From a virus (Duplodnaviria; Caudoviricetes), in IMG/VR virus record IMGVR_UViG_3300034062_006701: DNA of 64,000 nucleotides; one strand, written 5' to 3'. Made by a program: the position numbers and the translations under genes. The notes beneath the pieces are model-generated. The model did not search any database, was not told the DNA's origin, and worked only from the letters and a program-made list of their open reading frames with translations. Every line of letters begins with the position of its first letter. The first letter of the stretch is position 1. Shown here one piece after another: positions 10,228 to 19,916 of the stretch.

Positions 10228-10835
10228 AAAAACCATCACCTAAAGCATTAGATTTAATTTTAAAATATGAAGTAGGCGGAGGTAAATCATACTATGATAA
10301 ATTTTTAGCTAAACCTACATGGCCAGGAGGGGCTAGTGGAATGACTCTTGGAATAGGAATCGATTGCGCGTACTACACACCTACTGAATTAGAAAAGATA
10401 TTTAATTTCCTGCCAAAGAAGCAATTAGATATTGTTAAAGGTGCATCTGGTAAGAAAGGACAGTCTGGTAAAGATTACACAAGTCAACATAAGAATAGTG
10501 GCATAGTAGTAGCTTGGGATCAAGCATTAGATATTTTCAATAATCTTATCTGGACAAAGTTTTCTAGACTTGCTGAAAGAGCGTTTCCTGGTTTAGATCA
10601 ACTCTGCGATGATGCTTATGGCGCTATTGTGTCTTTAGTGTTCAATAGAGGTTCTTCACTGACTGGAGACAGTCGTGTAGAGATGAGGAACATAAGAGAC
10701 TTGGTTCCGAAGAAGAACTATAAGGGGATTGCTAAGGAATTTCGTAAGATGAAAAGAATCTGGGAAGGTAAAGGCTTAGATGGTCTTCTTGAGCGAAGAG
10801 AGGCGGAAGCTAAATTAGTGGAAACATGCATGTAG
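10224..10835 (+). CDS. Endolysin, pesticin-type/lysozyme-superfamily muramidase
   Basis: ILKYEVG...PTWPGGASGMTLGIGID, AIVSLVFNRG and terminal GLLERREAEAKL match the lysozyme-fold pattern. Confidence 0.75.
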   Translation: MKKPSPKALDLILKYEVGGGKSYYDKFLAKPTWPGGASGMTLGIGIDCAYYTPTELEKIFNFLPKKQLDIVKGASGKKGQSGKDYTSQHKNSGIVVAWDQALDIFNNLIWTKFSRLAERAFPGLDQLCDDAYGAIVSLVFNRGSSLTGDSRVEMRNIRDLVPKKNYKGIAKEFRKMKRIWEGKGLDGLLERREAEAKLVETCM

Positions 10836-11035
10836 ACTATAATAGATTTTTTAATATTGAAGACAGTTGTCCTGACAATATACCGAATTGCGAGGCATTA
10901 CGTGAGCAGTATAAGCATGAACTCAGTGAAATATCTGTTCAGGGATGTACAAATTGTACTATGAGTAAATTGAAGGTTAAATATCTCGAGCTAATATGGC
11001 AGGCTTTTATGAATAACCACGGTCAAGGTAATTAG
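10826..11035 (+). CDS. Small Cys-containing hypothetical protein
   Basis: 69 aa with C-x6-C and CxxC (CTNC). Overlaps the endolysin stop. Confidence 0.5.
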   Translation: MHVDYNRFFNIEDSCPDNIPNCEALREQYKHELSEISVQGCTNCTMSKLKVKYLELIWQAFMNNHGQGN

Positions 11036-11036
11036 T

Positions 11037-11507
11037 TTAACTTTTTTCGAAATGTTTATAATATCTATAATACTTCTTTAGATACGCGCGTGCAAACCTT
11101 CGTGCATCAACTTCGTATTCATTCCTAAAATATGCGTGCGAGTTTCGCTGTACATCTTCCTCATCGTACGTTAATTTCGTCCAACTAACCTTGTATATTT
11201 TGCTTTGCATCCAATGACGAAATTCATGTAGAAAATGATCAAAAATAGCGAGCTTCATTTGCTTATTTGATTTTGCATTATCATCGGGCTTGTCACATAG
11301 ACAAATTTTGTCGGTAGTGAATGTATACTCACTGGCATCAGCACCGTAGAGTACTTGAATGGTTAGTGTCTTTGTTCGTGTTAGAATTGTTGGTTCAATC
11401 TCACTATAGAGGAGAGTCAAAGCCGCTTCCATAGCCAAGCAATTAATCTTATGCTCTTCAAGCCATAAGAATGTTTTTTCTGTTGGTTTAAATTTAAACA
11501 ATAACAT
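11037..11507 (-). CDS. Zincin-like metallopeptidase domain protein
   Basis: FLHEFRHWMQ (HExxH) with downstream NEYEVDARRFA supplying a likely third ligand. Confidence 0.65.
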   Translation of the reverse strand: MLLFKFKPTEKTFLWLEEHKINCLAMEAALTLLYSEIEPTILTRTKTLTIQVLYGADASEYTFTTDKICLCDKPDDNAKSNKQMKLAIFDHFLHEFRHWMQSKIYKVSWTKLTYDEEDVQRNSHAYFRNEYEVDARRFARAYLKKYYRYYKHFEKS

Positions 11508-11547
11508 TTTGTTGAAATCTGGTTATATTAGTATAATATATACATAT

Positions 11548-11733
11548 ATGGGAAATACAAGTAGCGAGAATGAACTTATTGAGGTAGAGACAGAACTTAC
11601 AATATCGGATATAAAAACACTCGATGGTATTATTGATGCTTGTTTGGATGTTAAGCTTTTTAAAGACGAGAGTATACAAATAGTCAGAGATTTAAGTTCA
11701 AAAATTAAATCTCTTATTGTTTCTTTAGAATAA
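11548..11733 (+). CDS. Small hypothetical protein
   Basis: ATG 11548 lies 10 nt after TATAAT (11532-11537). In-frame ORF to TAA. Confidence 0.45.
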   Translation: MGNTSSENELIEVETELTISDIKTLDGIIDACLDVKLFKDESIQIVRDLSSKIKSLIVSLE

Positions 11734-11739
11734 TTTACT

Positions 11740-12423
11740 ATGCTTGTCTTTGATCCCATACAACACACGTATAAGAACGCATATACCGGTGACAAATATA
11801 CATCTGCGACAACTTTGCTGCATAAGTTCAAGAAACCGTTCGAGGCTGATCTTATTGCTGAAAGGGTAGCGAAGAAAGAAAAAACAACTGTTGAAGAAAT
11901 TAAGTTAAAGTGGAAGAAGAGTAACGATGAGAGTAAAGAGTATGGTACAGCAATACATGCTGCTATTGAACAATACAATAAATTAGGTACATACGATGTA
12001 TCATTTGTTGATGTGGTACAAGCCTATATAGATTTAAATATTATTAATAAAGGGGATGATCTTTTAATAGAGCATCAGGTATATAATCACGAGTATAAGG
12101 TTGCTGGTACAGCAGATATCATACGTGTAGAGGATAAAGGTGGTTTTAGTGTATTTGACATTAAGACAAATAAGAAATTTAATCTTTATAGCCAATACAA
12201 TGATTACCTCTTGACACCTCTCGAACACTTACCCGCCTGTGAGTACTCTATATACGGTTTACAACTCTCTCTCTATGCGTATATGTTTCAAAATATTACA
12301 GGTAGACGAGTTAATCAGCTCGGTGTAATGTATTATGATAGAAATACCTGTAAATTTACATATTATCCTATTAATTATATGAAGCATGAAATTGAAGCTA
12401 TGTTAAAGTGTTGCGGAAAATGA
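11740..12423 (+). CDS. PD-(D/E)XK superfamily nuclease (RecB/Cas4-like exonuclease fold)
   Basis: GTAIHAAIE...VAGTADII...FDIKT...YGLQLSLYAY motifs. Confidence 0.85.
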   Translation: MLVFDPIQHTYKNAYTGDKYTSATTLLHKFKKPFEADLIAERVAKKEKTTVEEIKLKWKKSNDESKEYGTAIHAAIEQYNKLGTYDVSFVDVVQAYIDLNIINKGDDLLIEHQVYNHEYKVAGTADIIRVEDKGGFSVFDIKTNKKFNLYSQYNDYLLTPLEHLPACEYSIYGLQLSLYAYMFQNITGRRVNQLGVMYYDRNTCKFTYYPINYMKHEIEAMLKCCGK

Positions 12424-12899
12424 AATTTATAGATCTTATATTACAAAACAGTCAAATAAAAGAGGCTAAGCTTTACGGTCCGGCTAAAAAAGCAGCAGAT
12501 CGACCAGAAACAGGTATAACTATACAGACCCCGTCTGCGTTTCATGTAATTAAGGATTGTGCTACAATAACTACCAAATATTTACCACACTTTGTATTTG
12601 GTCATTATGCAAATCCGTTTGAAGTATTAAAGGGTAAGTTTATAAAAAATGATATTATAGAGTTTGTAAATGAGGCAAACTCTGATATTGTTCTTTTTCA
12701 ACTACTGATACTCATATTAGATAAAATTAATAAAAACCCCTTGTTTAAACAACCAGTGAACGTTCCGACAGATGTACTTACAACTGCAGTTACCGCAGAT
12801 CCCTATGGTGATTATGAGTCCTATCTACCTATAGCTCAAGCTACTATACAGACTGATACTGTATCATTGCTATGCTCTGCTTTTAACGTGAAGGAATAA
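12420..12899 (+). CDS. Hypothetical protein
   Basis: ATGA-coupled to the nuclease stop. Begins MKFIDLILQNSQIKEA. Confidence 0.55.
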   Translation: MKFIDLILQNSQIKEAKLYGPAKKAADRPETGITIQTPSAFHVIKDCATITTKYLPHFVFGHYANPFEVLKGKFIKNDIIEFVNEANSDIVLFQLLILILDKINKNPLFKQPVNVPTDVLTTAVTADPYGDYESYLPIAQATIQTDTVSLLCSAFNVKE

Positions 12900-12907
12900 A
12901 TAATATT

Positions 12908-13264
12908 GTGAGACTAATTACACCTCTTCTTGAAATACAGAATCAATTAAGAATTTTTCATTGGCAGACATCGAGCTATGCTCAGCATAAAGCGTTCGGG
13001 AAGGCATATGAAAGCTTAGATACTTTAATTGATGACTTTGTAGAGGTCTTTATTGGTAAATACGGTAAAACAAAGGCGAGTATAAAATATAGTATTGAAT
13101 TATCGAATTTTGATGATGGTTATCTTACGGTGATTGATTCATACATCTCATATTTGACCGCATTAACTAGTGAGCTAAAGGATATTGATACAGATTTGCT
13201 TAATATTCGTGACGAAATGCTTGCTACGTTAAATACGCTAAAATATCTGCTTACTCTTAATTAA
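12908..13264 (+). CDS. Ferritin/Dps-like four-helix-bundle protein (DUF5856-like)
   Basis: QLRIFHWQTSSYAQHKAFGKAYESLDTLIDDFVEVFIGKYG resembles the Dps H-W/H/D-E pattern. TAAATA box 5 nt before GTG. Confidence 0.7.
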   Translation: MRLITPLLEIQNQLRIFHWQTSSYAQHKAFGKAYESLDTLIDDFVEVFIGKYGKTKASIKYSIELSNFDDGYLTVIDSYISYLTALTSELKDIDTDLLNIRDEMLATLNTLKYLLTLN

Positions 13265-16200
13265 GCTGTCACGTCGTAACCGAATGTAAAGGTGTTATCT
13301 GCGGCGTTAAAGTAACCTGCTGCAGATCCAAGCGTTGTATACGTTTCGAGATATGGGCTGCCTTGCGGGTTACCAAAAGTAATGTCATATACATCTATAA
13401 CAGGTGTGTGTAAGGTACATGTAATGTTCTGTACTGTGTTATTAACGTATCTAAATCGTGTAGTTACAATGTAGAAGCAATCTGCTGTATCTTTACCGAG
13501 GTATGTAAGGGTATAAAAGCCTGTTTCAGGGCTAAAGTTAAATACTGGCTTTTCAATTTCCACAATATTGAGTTCAATACCTTTACCGTTCAATGAGAAT
13601 ACACTTAAATCGTTGAATACAAGATCTGATACCGCTTTTGCAGGGTATATTTCACTTATTTGCTGGTTATTTAAATTAATTCTGTATATCGTGGGGTATA
13701 CAACCTTATAATTTGAAGCGCTTAAACTATCACGTAATAAAGTTGTCTTACAGAACATAAGAGTGTTGTCACTTTCGTTGAACCACACATTAGAGAACCG
13801 TTCTAAGTCCGGTAATTCACCGCGGTTAAAGTATCTAAATTCATTTACCGATCCGGTAATACTGTTTGTATTATAGTCAAACTGCAGTCTATCGAAAATT
13901 AAATAGTTCTCTGTTTCAAGCTGCAAGACATCGTAGTAAACTTCAAAATTAATGAGCTTGTTGTATATTTCTTCTTTTATGTTCTGTGGATAATTTAATA
14001 GCGCTGCACTTAATGTAGCAGATGCCGGTCCAATGGTTGTACTGTTAGCGTTTCTAAAGTAAAGATCACCGTATTCTACAGCTCTTGTGTAGTAGAGCGG
14101 TTTCTTTGTAGAAACTGTATTAATTGATGTGTCTAACACTGTTTCATGGCCGGTCTGTCTTATATCTTTAAAATTGGACGGCTCTGTGTATGAATGTGTA
14201 TAAGAACCTAATGTACAGGGTTCGCTGTCCAACGAGTCTATATAAAATACATTTCCATCATAATCAAACCCGTTATATGAAAGAGCATCTAAACTAAAGT
14301 CAGGTTGATACGTAAATGTACCAACACCATAAGGTGCGTTAGGCGCGGGTGCACCGTCAGTTAATTCGTTATAATATAGTAAACCGGTATTCGGGTTATA
14401 TGATACAATGTCACTCGGAACATCTGGTAACATACCGTTATTATTCTTTGTAAAGTATAAGCCATCCTTTACTGTACATGTATATGTCGTTGTGACAAAA
14501 TCTTCAAAAAGATCTTCATATAAGAAATTACTCGCGAAATCATATGATGTGATAATAGTAGGATTACCACCATCGGAAAAGCTTGCTGGTTCTGATACAC
14601 TCGTGTTTAATACGACGCCAGAAAATATCTTACCATTTGATGCTGTACCTGCAACAGTATAATTAAAATTATATCCTTGACCGCATAGAGAATCGAAGAA
14701 AGTGTAGCCATCGAAAATATAATTAACTAATGCTCTAGGACGTGAAATATCGGAGACACGGCTCATCTCTGATACGCTCTTATAAAGAGCATATTCATTA
14801 CCGTAGACGTCACCCTTATACTGAAATAGAGTCTTATTCAGAGTTAGTAGATTGCTTTGTCGTAGATCTATTGGGTATTGGCTAATTAATTCTAACGGGT
14901 ATACATCGGGATTGCTCCATAGTGTATCTTGACTACCTGTAAAGAAATCCTGCGAGTCAATATATCGTGAGACACCGAAGTTTGTATGATTTAACGTTTG
15001 TTCACGTGATTGATATGCGCGAAATGTTTGAAAGTACGGATCTGTACTGGCGTCACCAAACTTATATTGGTTTGAATAATCAGTCTTATTAAAATAATTT
15101 TCTTCAAAAAACGTTAAAGGTGATTTGAACTCCAGCTTTGTATTACCAGAAATATTTCCGTACTTAGCGGGATCCGGAAAGTAGTAGACAGTATCTGGTG
15201 ACAGTGCATCGACGTTAACGAATGATGTGAATTTAAAATTAGTAAAATTAGCTAGTCCGATTTTATCAGGTTTAAAGAATAAACCAAGCTCGTACCCGGT
15301 TTTGAGAAATTCTTCACTCGGTACTGCAGCAATAGAGGGGTAACGCTTGTTTAAATAGTTTGCAAACTCTGTATCAGCGGTAAATAGTTGACCGGATGTA
15401 AAGGCTGTTGTTGTATCTGTTACAATATAATAAAAATCTGACCCGATATATTTGGTGATTTCTTGAGATTTGTTTACTAGATTTAAGTTATTTACGTCAC
15501 CGTCATTTACAGTGCTGATGAAGTCACTGTCTTTTAGTAGATTTAACTGAGAAGAGTTTACAAGCGGGTCTATAGTAAAATTACCGTCAAGCTCTATAAG
15601 ATAAAACGGATAGGAAAGAATTGACCGCAGAATGCTCTGATCAAAATTACCGAACAGATATGGATCTACATCATTTTGATTTAAATTAAAATAATCATTT
15701 CTTAACCCGGTATTTGTATCGTAAGCAGAGGCAGGTAACGTCGGACTTAAATCATAATAATCCGCATACGTATCATATAAATCCTCTACATCTATAACGA
15801 TATTATTGCGTACGTCAGCTAGGGATAAATTTAACGTACTGAATAAATCAACAATATCCTGTGCCTGCAGAGCTTTTGTGAGGTTTACATAAATTAAATC
15901 TGCAATACCGGTATTTGATCCCTTTAAGTTAAAACTCAAGGCAGAAGTCTGAACATCATCTCTTAATGTACTGTAATAAATGCAAATATCTTTAATTTTT
16001 TTTGCAAAGAAAGGTACAGCGATTGCAAGGTCTCGGTTATTACTAATGTCGATATTTTTGAGATATCTTTTTTCGTCAGTTGTTGTATAGTTAATGACGA
16101 TGTCATTAATAAGATTTGTGTAATATTTTTGTATCTCTGTTACAGCTTCTTGCTTTGTGATATCCTTTGCAGCATACCAATTTGTAAGATATGATTGATA

Positions 16201-16362
16201 TCTCGTCAAAAAATCACCAGTTGTGGTGAGCAGTTCTGTATTGCGTTTGAGCCATTCTGTAAATGTTAACGGTTGTAGCGTATCAACGGGATTATCGACA
16301 GGTATACGTGCCGTAATTGAATCGTTTATTCTTTCATCTATAAATTGTAACGCATCGGCCAT
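13261..16362 (-). CDS. Large virion structural protein (baseplate-associated)
   Basis: 1033 aa, Y/N/D/T-rich. Follows the gp25-gp6-gp7-like run and has its own TAAATA box. Confidence 0.55.
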   Translation of the reverse strand: MADALQFIDERINDSITARIPVDNPVDTLQPLTFTEWLKRNTELLTTTGDFLTRYQSYLTNWYAAKDITKQEAVTEIQKYYTNLINDIVINYTTTDEKRYLKNIDISNNRDLAIAVPFFAKKIKDICIYYSTLRDDVQTSALSFNLKGSNTGIADLIYVNLTKALQAQDIVDLFSTLNLSLADVRNNIVIDVEDLYDTYADYYDLSPTLPASAYDTNTGLRNDYFNLNQNDVDPYLFGNFDQSILRSILSYPFYLIELDGNFTIDPLVNSSQLNLLKDSDFISTVNDGDVNNLNLVNKSQEITKYIGSDFYYIVTDTTTAFTSGQLFTADTEFANYLNKRYPSIAAVPSEEFLKTGYELGLFFKPDKIGLANFTNFKFTSFVNVDALSPDTVYYFPDPAKYGNISGNTKLEFKSPLTFFEENYFNKTDYSNQYKFGDASTDPYFQTFRAYQSREQTLNHTNFGVSRYIDSQDFFTGSQDTLWSNPDVYPLELISQYPIDLRQSNLLTLNKTLFQYKGDVYGNEYALYKSVSEMSRVSDISRPRALVNYIFDGYTFFDSLCGQGYNFNYTVAGTASNGKIFSGVVLNTSVSEPASFSDGGNPTIITSYDFASNFLYEDLFEDFVTTTYTCTVKDGLYFTKNNNGMLPDVPSDIVSYNPNTGLLYYNELTDGAPAPNAPYGVGTFTYQPDFSLDALSYNGFDYDGNVFYIDSLDSEPCTLGSYTHSYTEPSNFKDIRQTGHETVLDTSINTVSTKKPLYYTRAVEYGDLYFRNANSTTIGPASATLSAALLNYPQNIKEEIYNKLINFEVYYDVLQLETENYLIFDRLQFDYNTNSITGSVNEFRYFNRGELPDLERFSNVWFNESDNTLMFCKTTLLRDSLSASNYKVVYPTIYRINLNNQQISEIYPAKAVSDLVFNDLSVFSLNGKGIELNIVEIEKPVFNFSPETGFYTLTYLGKDTADCFYIVTTRFRYVNNTVQNITCTLHTPVIDVYDITFGNPQGSPYLETYTTLGSAAGYFNAADNTFTFGYDVTA

Positions 16363-16382
16363 ACACTATTATTTAACAGAAA

Positions 16383-19300
16383 CTAGCTGTTATAGGTAAC
16401 ATCAACACCAGAAGTAAATAACCGGAAGCCTTTTGTTAATTCATAGCTAAGAATATTTTGTATTATTCCATCATCCGTACTCCATGTATCATAAGAGCTG
16501 TTCGTCGGTGCGAGAGTTGTAAATACACTATTCCAATCTATTACATTGTCATAATACTCATCGCTATATTTAGAATTGTATTGATAAAAATTGTAATAAT
16601 TTCCTATTTCAGTACCGGATATCGATGCTGGTGCTGTGAGTCCCCAACCCCAACTAGGTGTATATGACGATAGAGGGAGAGGTATTGTTGATTCTGTGAA
16701 GTAGTTTGTATTTACAATAGTATATACGTCAGAGAAGAGTTCTTTTGCTACAATTGGTATACCTGGTACAATATAACTAGAAGTTATATCTAATTTTGCA
16801 CTTAAATTTATACCGTACGTGTCGTTTGGCATTGTTGTACCACGGTTATCGAAATTAAGAGCGTATTTATTTCTTGATCCCCAGAGCTTGCTCTGCTTTA
16901 TGGATAACATGTCTACTATACGTTTTAATTGCGGCGGGTATAGGTAATTATACTCCTCAAAATCAACAGTTAATTCCTTACAGAGTGAAAGAAGTGAGTC
17001 GATATTAACTTTATCAACATCAGCTTTATTGTCGACAAAATTAGCGATTTTTTCGTATACTGTTTTACCTAATTCATATGGCTGCGATGCAGCGTTACCA
17101 ACAATTACACCGAGAAATTTATCAAAAAATACTTCTTTATCGAGAAGTGACTCCTGGTACCGTAGAGAATTATAGTATCCAGACGCGTCCCAGCTCTCGT
17201 TTATTTTTGCAATACCGTATTTACCGCTTGACGGGTATATATTGAATAAATTGGAAGACCCGGTAATGGTTCTCACTGTAGTGACAGGTGCCGCGTATTT
17301 GTTTATCCAACGGTAACCATTCCAGTCTCCAGTGGCTTGAAATTCCTGAAGACCGTCACTGTATTGATTTGGTAGAACCTCAATTGGGGTGGTATAGCTA
17401 CTAAGTACAGGTAGACCTGCTGATGGGAATACGAGATCAGCGACAGTAACATAGGATAACTGAGGCTGAGGTATCGTATTACCATTGATCATGTATAACT
17501 TTCGATCGAAATTATTAATAACCCAAATATTATTAGATGTATCGCAAGTTATACCACCAATACTACAAATATAATTTGTTTTGTTATTACCTACACCCGC
17601 GATATAATCGGTGCGTTCGTTTGTAAACGCGTCAACTTTTGTTATTAATTCCCTGTCATGAGAAACCCATGCATTTTGACTTCCGTCTACTGTAATATTA
17701 CCAATCTGCTGAAATCCGCTTAGAGGGAACCCATTTTGTATATTACCATCTAAATCAAACTTGTATAGGTAGTCATTAAACTCGCCGAATACAGATCCAC
17801 GTACGTTATGGTTTCTAGCAGTTACCCATACGTAGTTATTTCTATCTATACAAACCTCTACTGGGGCAATACCTGCCGGGAATTGTATCTCCTTTTTTGT
17901 TTCAGCAAATATTGTAAAATTGTTGGTACCTTGGTATTTGATTAGGTAATTGAAAATAGGATGTGTATATGTAATCCATATATCGTTATTACGGTCGGTA
18001 TCAATTGATGACGGTAGTATTAAGTTTTCACCAGCAAAGCCTTCGTTATTTAAATAATCGGAACTCAGTGCATAACTAAAGTTAGTGGCGCCTGATGGTG
18101 TTGCTACTGCAGTAACTACATTACGTGTTGAATCTATTTTTATAGCAGATCCGCTCTCGAGCAATGTTACCCAAATATTTTCATCTCTATCAATAACAAT
18201 ACCGTTAGGCGCAGCTGCAGCAGAAATAAGATTCGATCCTGTAGTTCTATAATCAATATCAACAATTTGATTATTGATCAGTGTCGGTACCGCCGAAAGA
18301 TTATATAGACCATTCTCAACCGGGTTACCATATACGTCATATTTAAATATTCTATCATTAACAGCGTCAGCGAACCATGTCTCGTAATCATCTGAGCTCT
18401 TATCGGTGCCGACTGGTGATACAGCTACAGCGAATGCATTTCTATTATCTGCAACAGGAATTACAGATTGATCGTTAATTAATGTGACTGTCTTTGTGTG
18501 TGTAAATTCATTATAATTCACCTCTCGTAATACTCTTATTGCGGAATTATATTGAGGTACTAGGACCCAGCCGAGCAATGAATCCTTTTCATAATGAGGT
18601 GGCTCTATAACAACTACACCAGCCGTCAGAATACAATTTTCTGAAGACTGTGATGAAACAAAATATCCTTTATAGAATGCGCCGAGACTCTGTGGTGATT
18701 GACGGGTGAAGTCTTCGTAAAATTTTACTCCTTCAAGAGGATAATATTGATCACCGCTCAAATATGAAATACCTGTTTCTATATTATAGAACTCCGGTGG
18801 CAAGAGGGGGGGATTTGCTGATGATGAAGAAAGTGGTGGGTAGTTTTTTGTTGTGAACCCATGTTTGTCTTTAAATTTTATTACGTACGGTATTTCCGTC
18901 TCTTGCCATGAAACATTCGGTATTTCAAATTTTGTCGTAGATAGTGTTCCTTCACCGTCTATTCCTGTTGTAGTTATTGAAAGACGGTCTGCTGAATTAA
19001 ACCTAACTTTTAAAGCAGGGAATACAGCAGGTTCTATATTCTGAAAACCTGCTATCGGGTAATCTACGTATTTAAACGTTTGCATTCGTTGTGTATAAGC
19101 ATCGTTAAATTTAGAATTATCAAGTGTTGCGAATATAATAATAGGGTTATTCTCTGTAAGTAGAGCATTCGGTCGTTCATCAGTATACCAAAATTTACCT
19201 GTACCTGTAATACCAACAAATACACTACCGACATCTGATGCATTGCACCGCACTATTTGATTGTCTTGAAGCTTAACGTACATTTCTGTATGTGCAGCTG

Positions 19301-19916
19301 TTAAGCTTTCTATTTCAAGATATTCTGTTTCACCGGTTGGTGTTTTATTCTCACGATAGAATCGACTTAAACTACGTAAATGGTCCCACTTATCAGTAAC
19401 ATCGAGAGGTGTGTAGTTGTAATCACCAGCAGCACCAGATGCGTACAGATTTATCGTATACCCCGTCCCACTCAACGCATTATAATTTTGCCAACTATCA
19501 TACACGTTTACATATAGTGGATCGGATAATCTACCTGCGGGTACATCATATATTAACCCTCTATAATCTTGAAAATTAATTTGTGTTGAAATATAGTCAT
19601 ATATTTGTACAGTACAAGAAAATGTACTATCATATGCGTTACCGTCACTATCAAATATTGTTAGCGTGACAGTATATTGACCTGGCCATTTATATGTATG
19701 TGTTGGTCTTAGATCGGTTGAAAATGTACCGTCACCGAAGTCCCATCTTAAATTTTTGTTTGATATAATTCTTGTACCTGACAGTATATTAGAAGTTGTA
19801 AAATCAGGTATAAAATTGAGAGGTGTAATGTCGAGTGTGTATGCAGATAGGGTACTTGTCCCGTTATAGTCAAGAACTTCAAAATAGACATATGTATCTT
19901 GAATATTGTATGTCAT
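16383..19916 (-). CDS. Baseplate wedge protein (gp7-like position) with PKD domain and beta-propeller
   Basis: PKD motif WDFGDGTFSTDLRPTHTYKWPGQYTVTLTI. Repeated D(R)xxNIW(V/I) blades. TAATG-coupled to gp6. Confidence 0.6.
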   Translation of the reverse strand: MTYNIQDTYVYFEVLDYNGTSTLSAYTLDITPLNFIPDFTTSNILSGTRIISNKNLRWDFGDGTFSTDLRPTHTYKWPGQYTVTLTIFDSDGNAYDSTFSCTVQIYDYISTQINFQDYRGLIYDVPAGRLSDPLYVNVYDSWQNYNALSGTGYTINLYASGAAGDYNYTPLDVTDKWDHLRSLSRFYRENKTPTGETEYLEIESLTAAHTEMYVKLQDNQIVRCNASDVGSVFVGITGTGKFWYTDERPNALLTENNPIIIFATLDNSKFNDAYTQRMQTFKYVDYPIAGFQNIEPAVFPALKVRFNSADRLSITTTGIDGEGTLSTTKFEIPNVSWQETEIPYVIKFKDKHGFTTKNYPPLSSSSANPPLLPPEFYNIETGISYLSGDQYYPLEGVKFYEDFTRQSPQSLGAFYKGYFVSSQSSENCILTAGVVVIEPPHYEKDSLLGWVLVPQYNSAIRVLREVNYNEFTHTKTVTLINDQSVIPVADNRNAFAVAVSPVGTDKSSDDYETWFADAVNDRIFKYDVYGNPVENGLYNLSAVPTLINNQIVDIDYRTTGSNLISAAAAPNGIVIDRDENIWVTLLESGSAIKIDSTRNVVTAVATPSGATNFSYALSSDYLNNEGFAGENLILPSSIDTDRNNDIWITYTHPIFNYLIKYQGTNNFTIFAETKKEIQFPAGIAPVEVCIDRNNYVWVTARNHNVRGSVFGEFNDYLYKFDLDGNIQNGFPLSGFQQIGNITVDGSQNAWVSHDRELITKVDAFTNERTDYIAGVGNNKTNYICSIGGITCDTSNNIWVINNFDRKLYMINGNTIPQPQLSYVTVADLVFPSAGLPVLSSYTTPIEVLPNQYSDGLQEFQATGDWNGYRWINKYAAPVTTVRTITGSSNLFNIYPSSGKYGIAKINESWDASGYYNSLRYQESLLDKEVFFDKFLGVIVGNAASQPYELGKTVYEKIANFVDNKADVDKVNIDSLLSLCKELTVDFEEYNYLYPPQLKRIVDMLSIKQSKLWGSRNKYALNFDNRGTTMPNDTYGINLSAKLDITSSYIVPGIPIVAKELFSDVYTIVNTNYFTESTIPLPLSSYTPSWGWGLTAPASISGTEIGNYYNFYQYNSKYSDEYYDNVIDWNSVFTTLAPTNSSYDTWSTDDGIIQNILSYELTKGFRLFTSGVDVTYNS

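Noticed and set aside
11523-11978. 151-aa antisense ORF and other short opposite-strand ORFs in the track (e.g. 7441-7722, 26132-26485, 31441-31926, 56396-56762)
   Set aside because: They lie wholly over well-supported genes, have shadow-like composition and lack promoter boxes or motifs.
11740-12423. Cas4 as part of a CRISPR system
   Set aside because: No Fe-S cysteine cluster, no other cas genes and no array. It is a generic PD-(D/E)XK nuclease.
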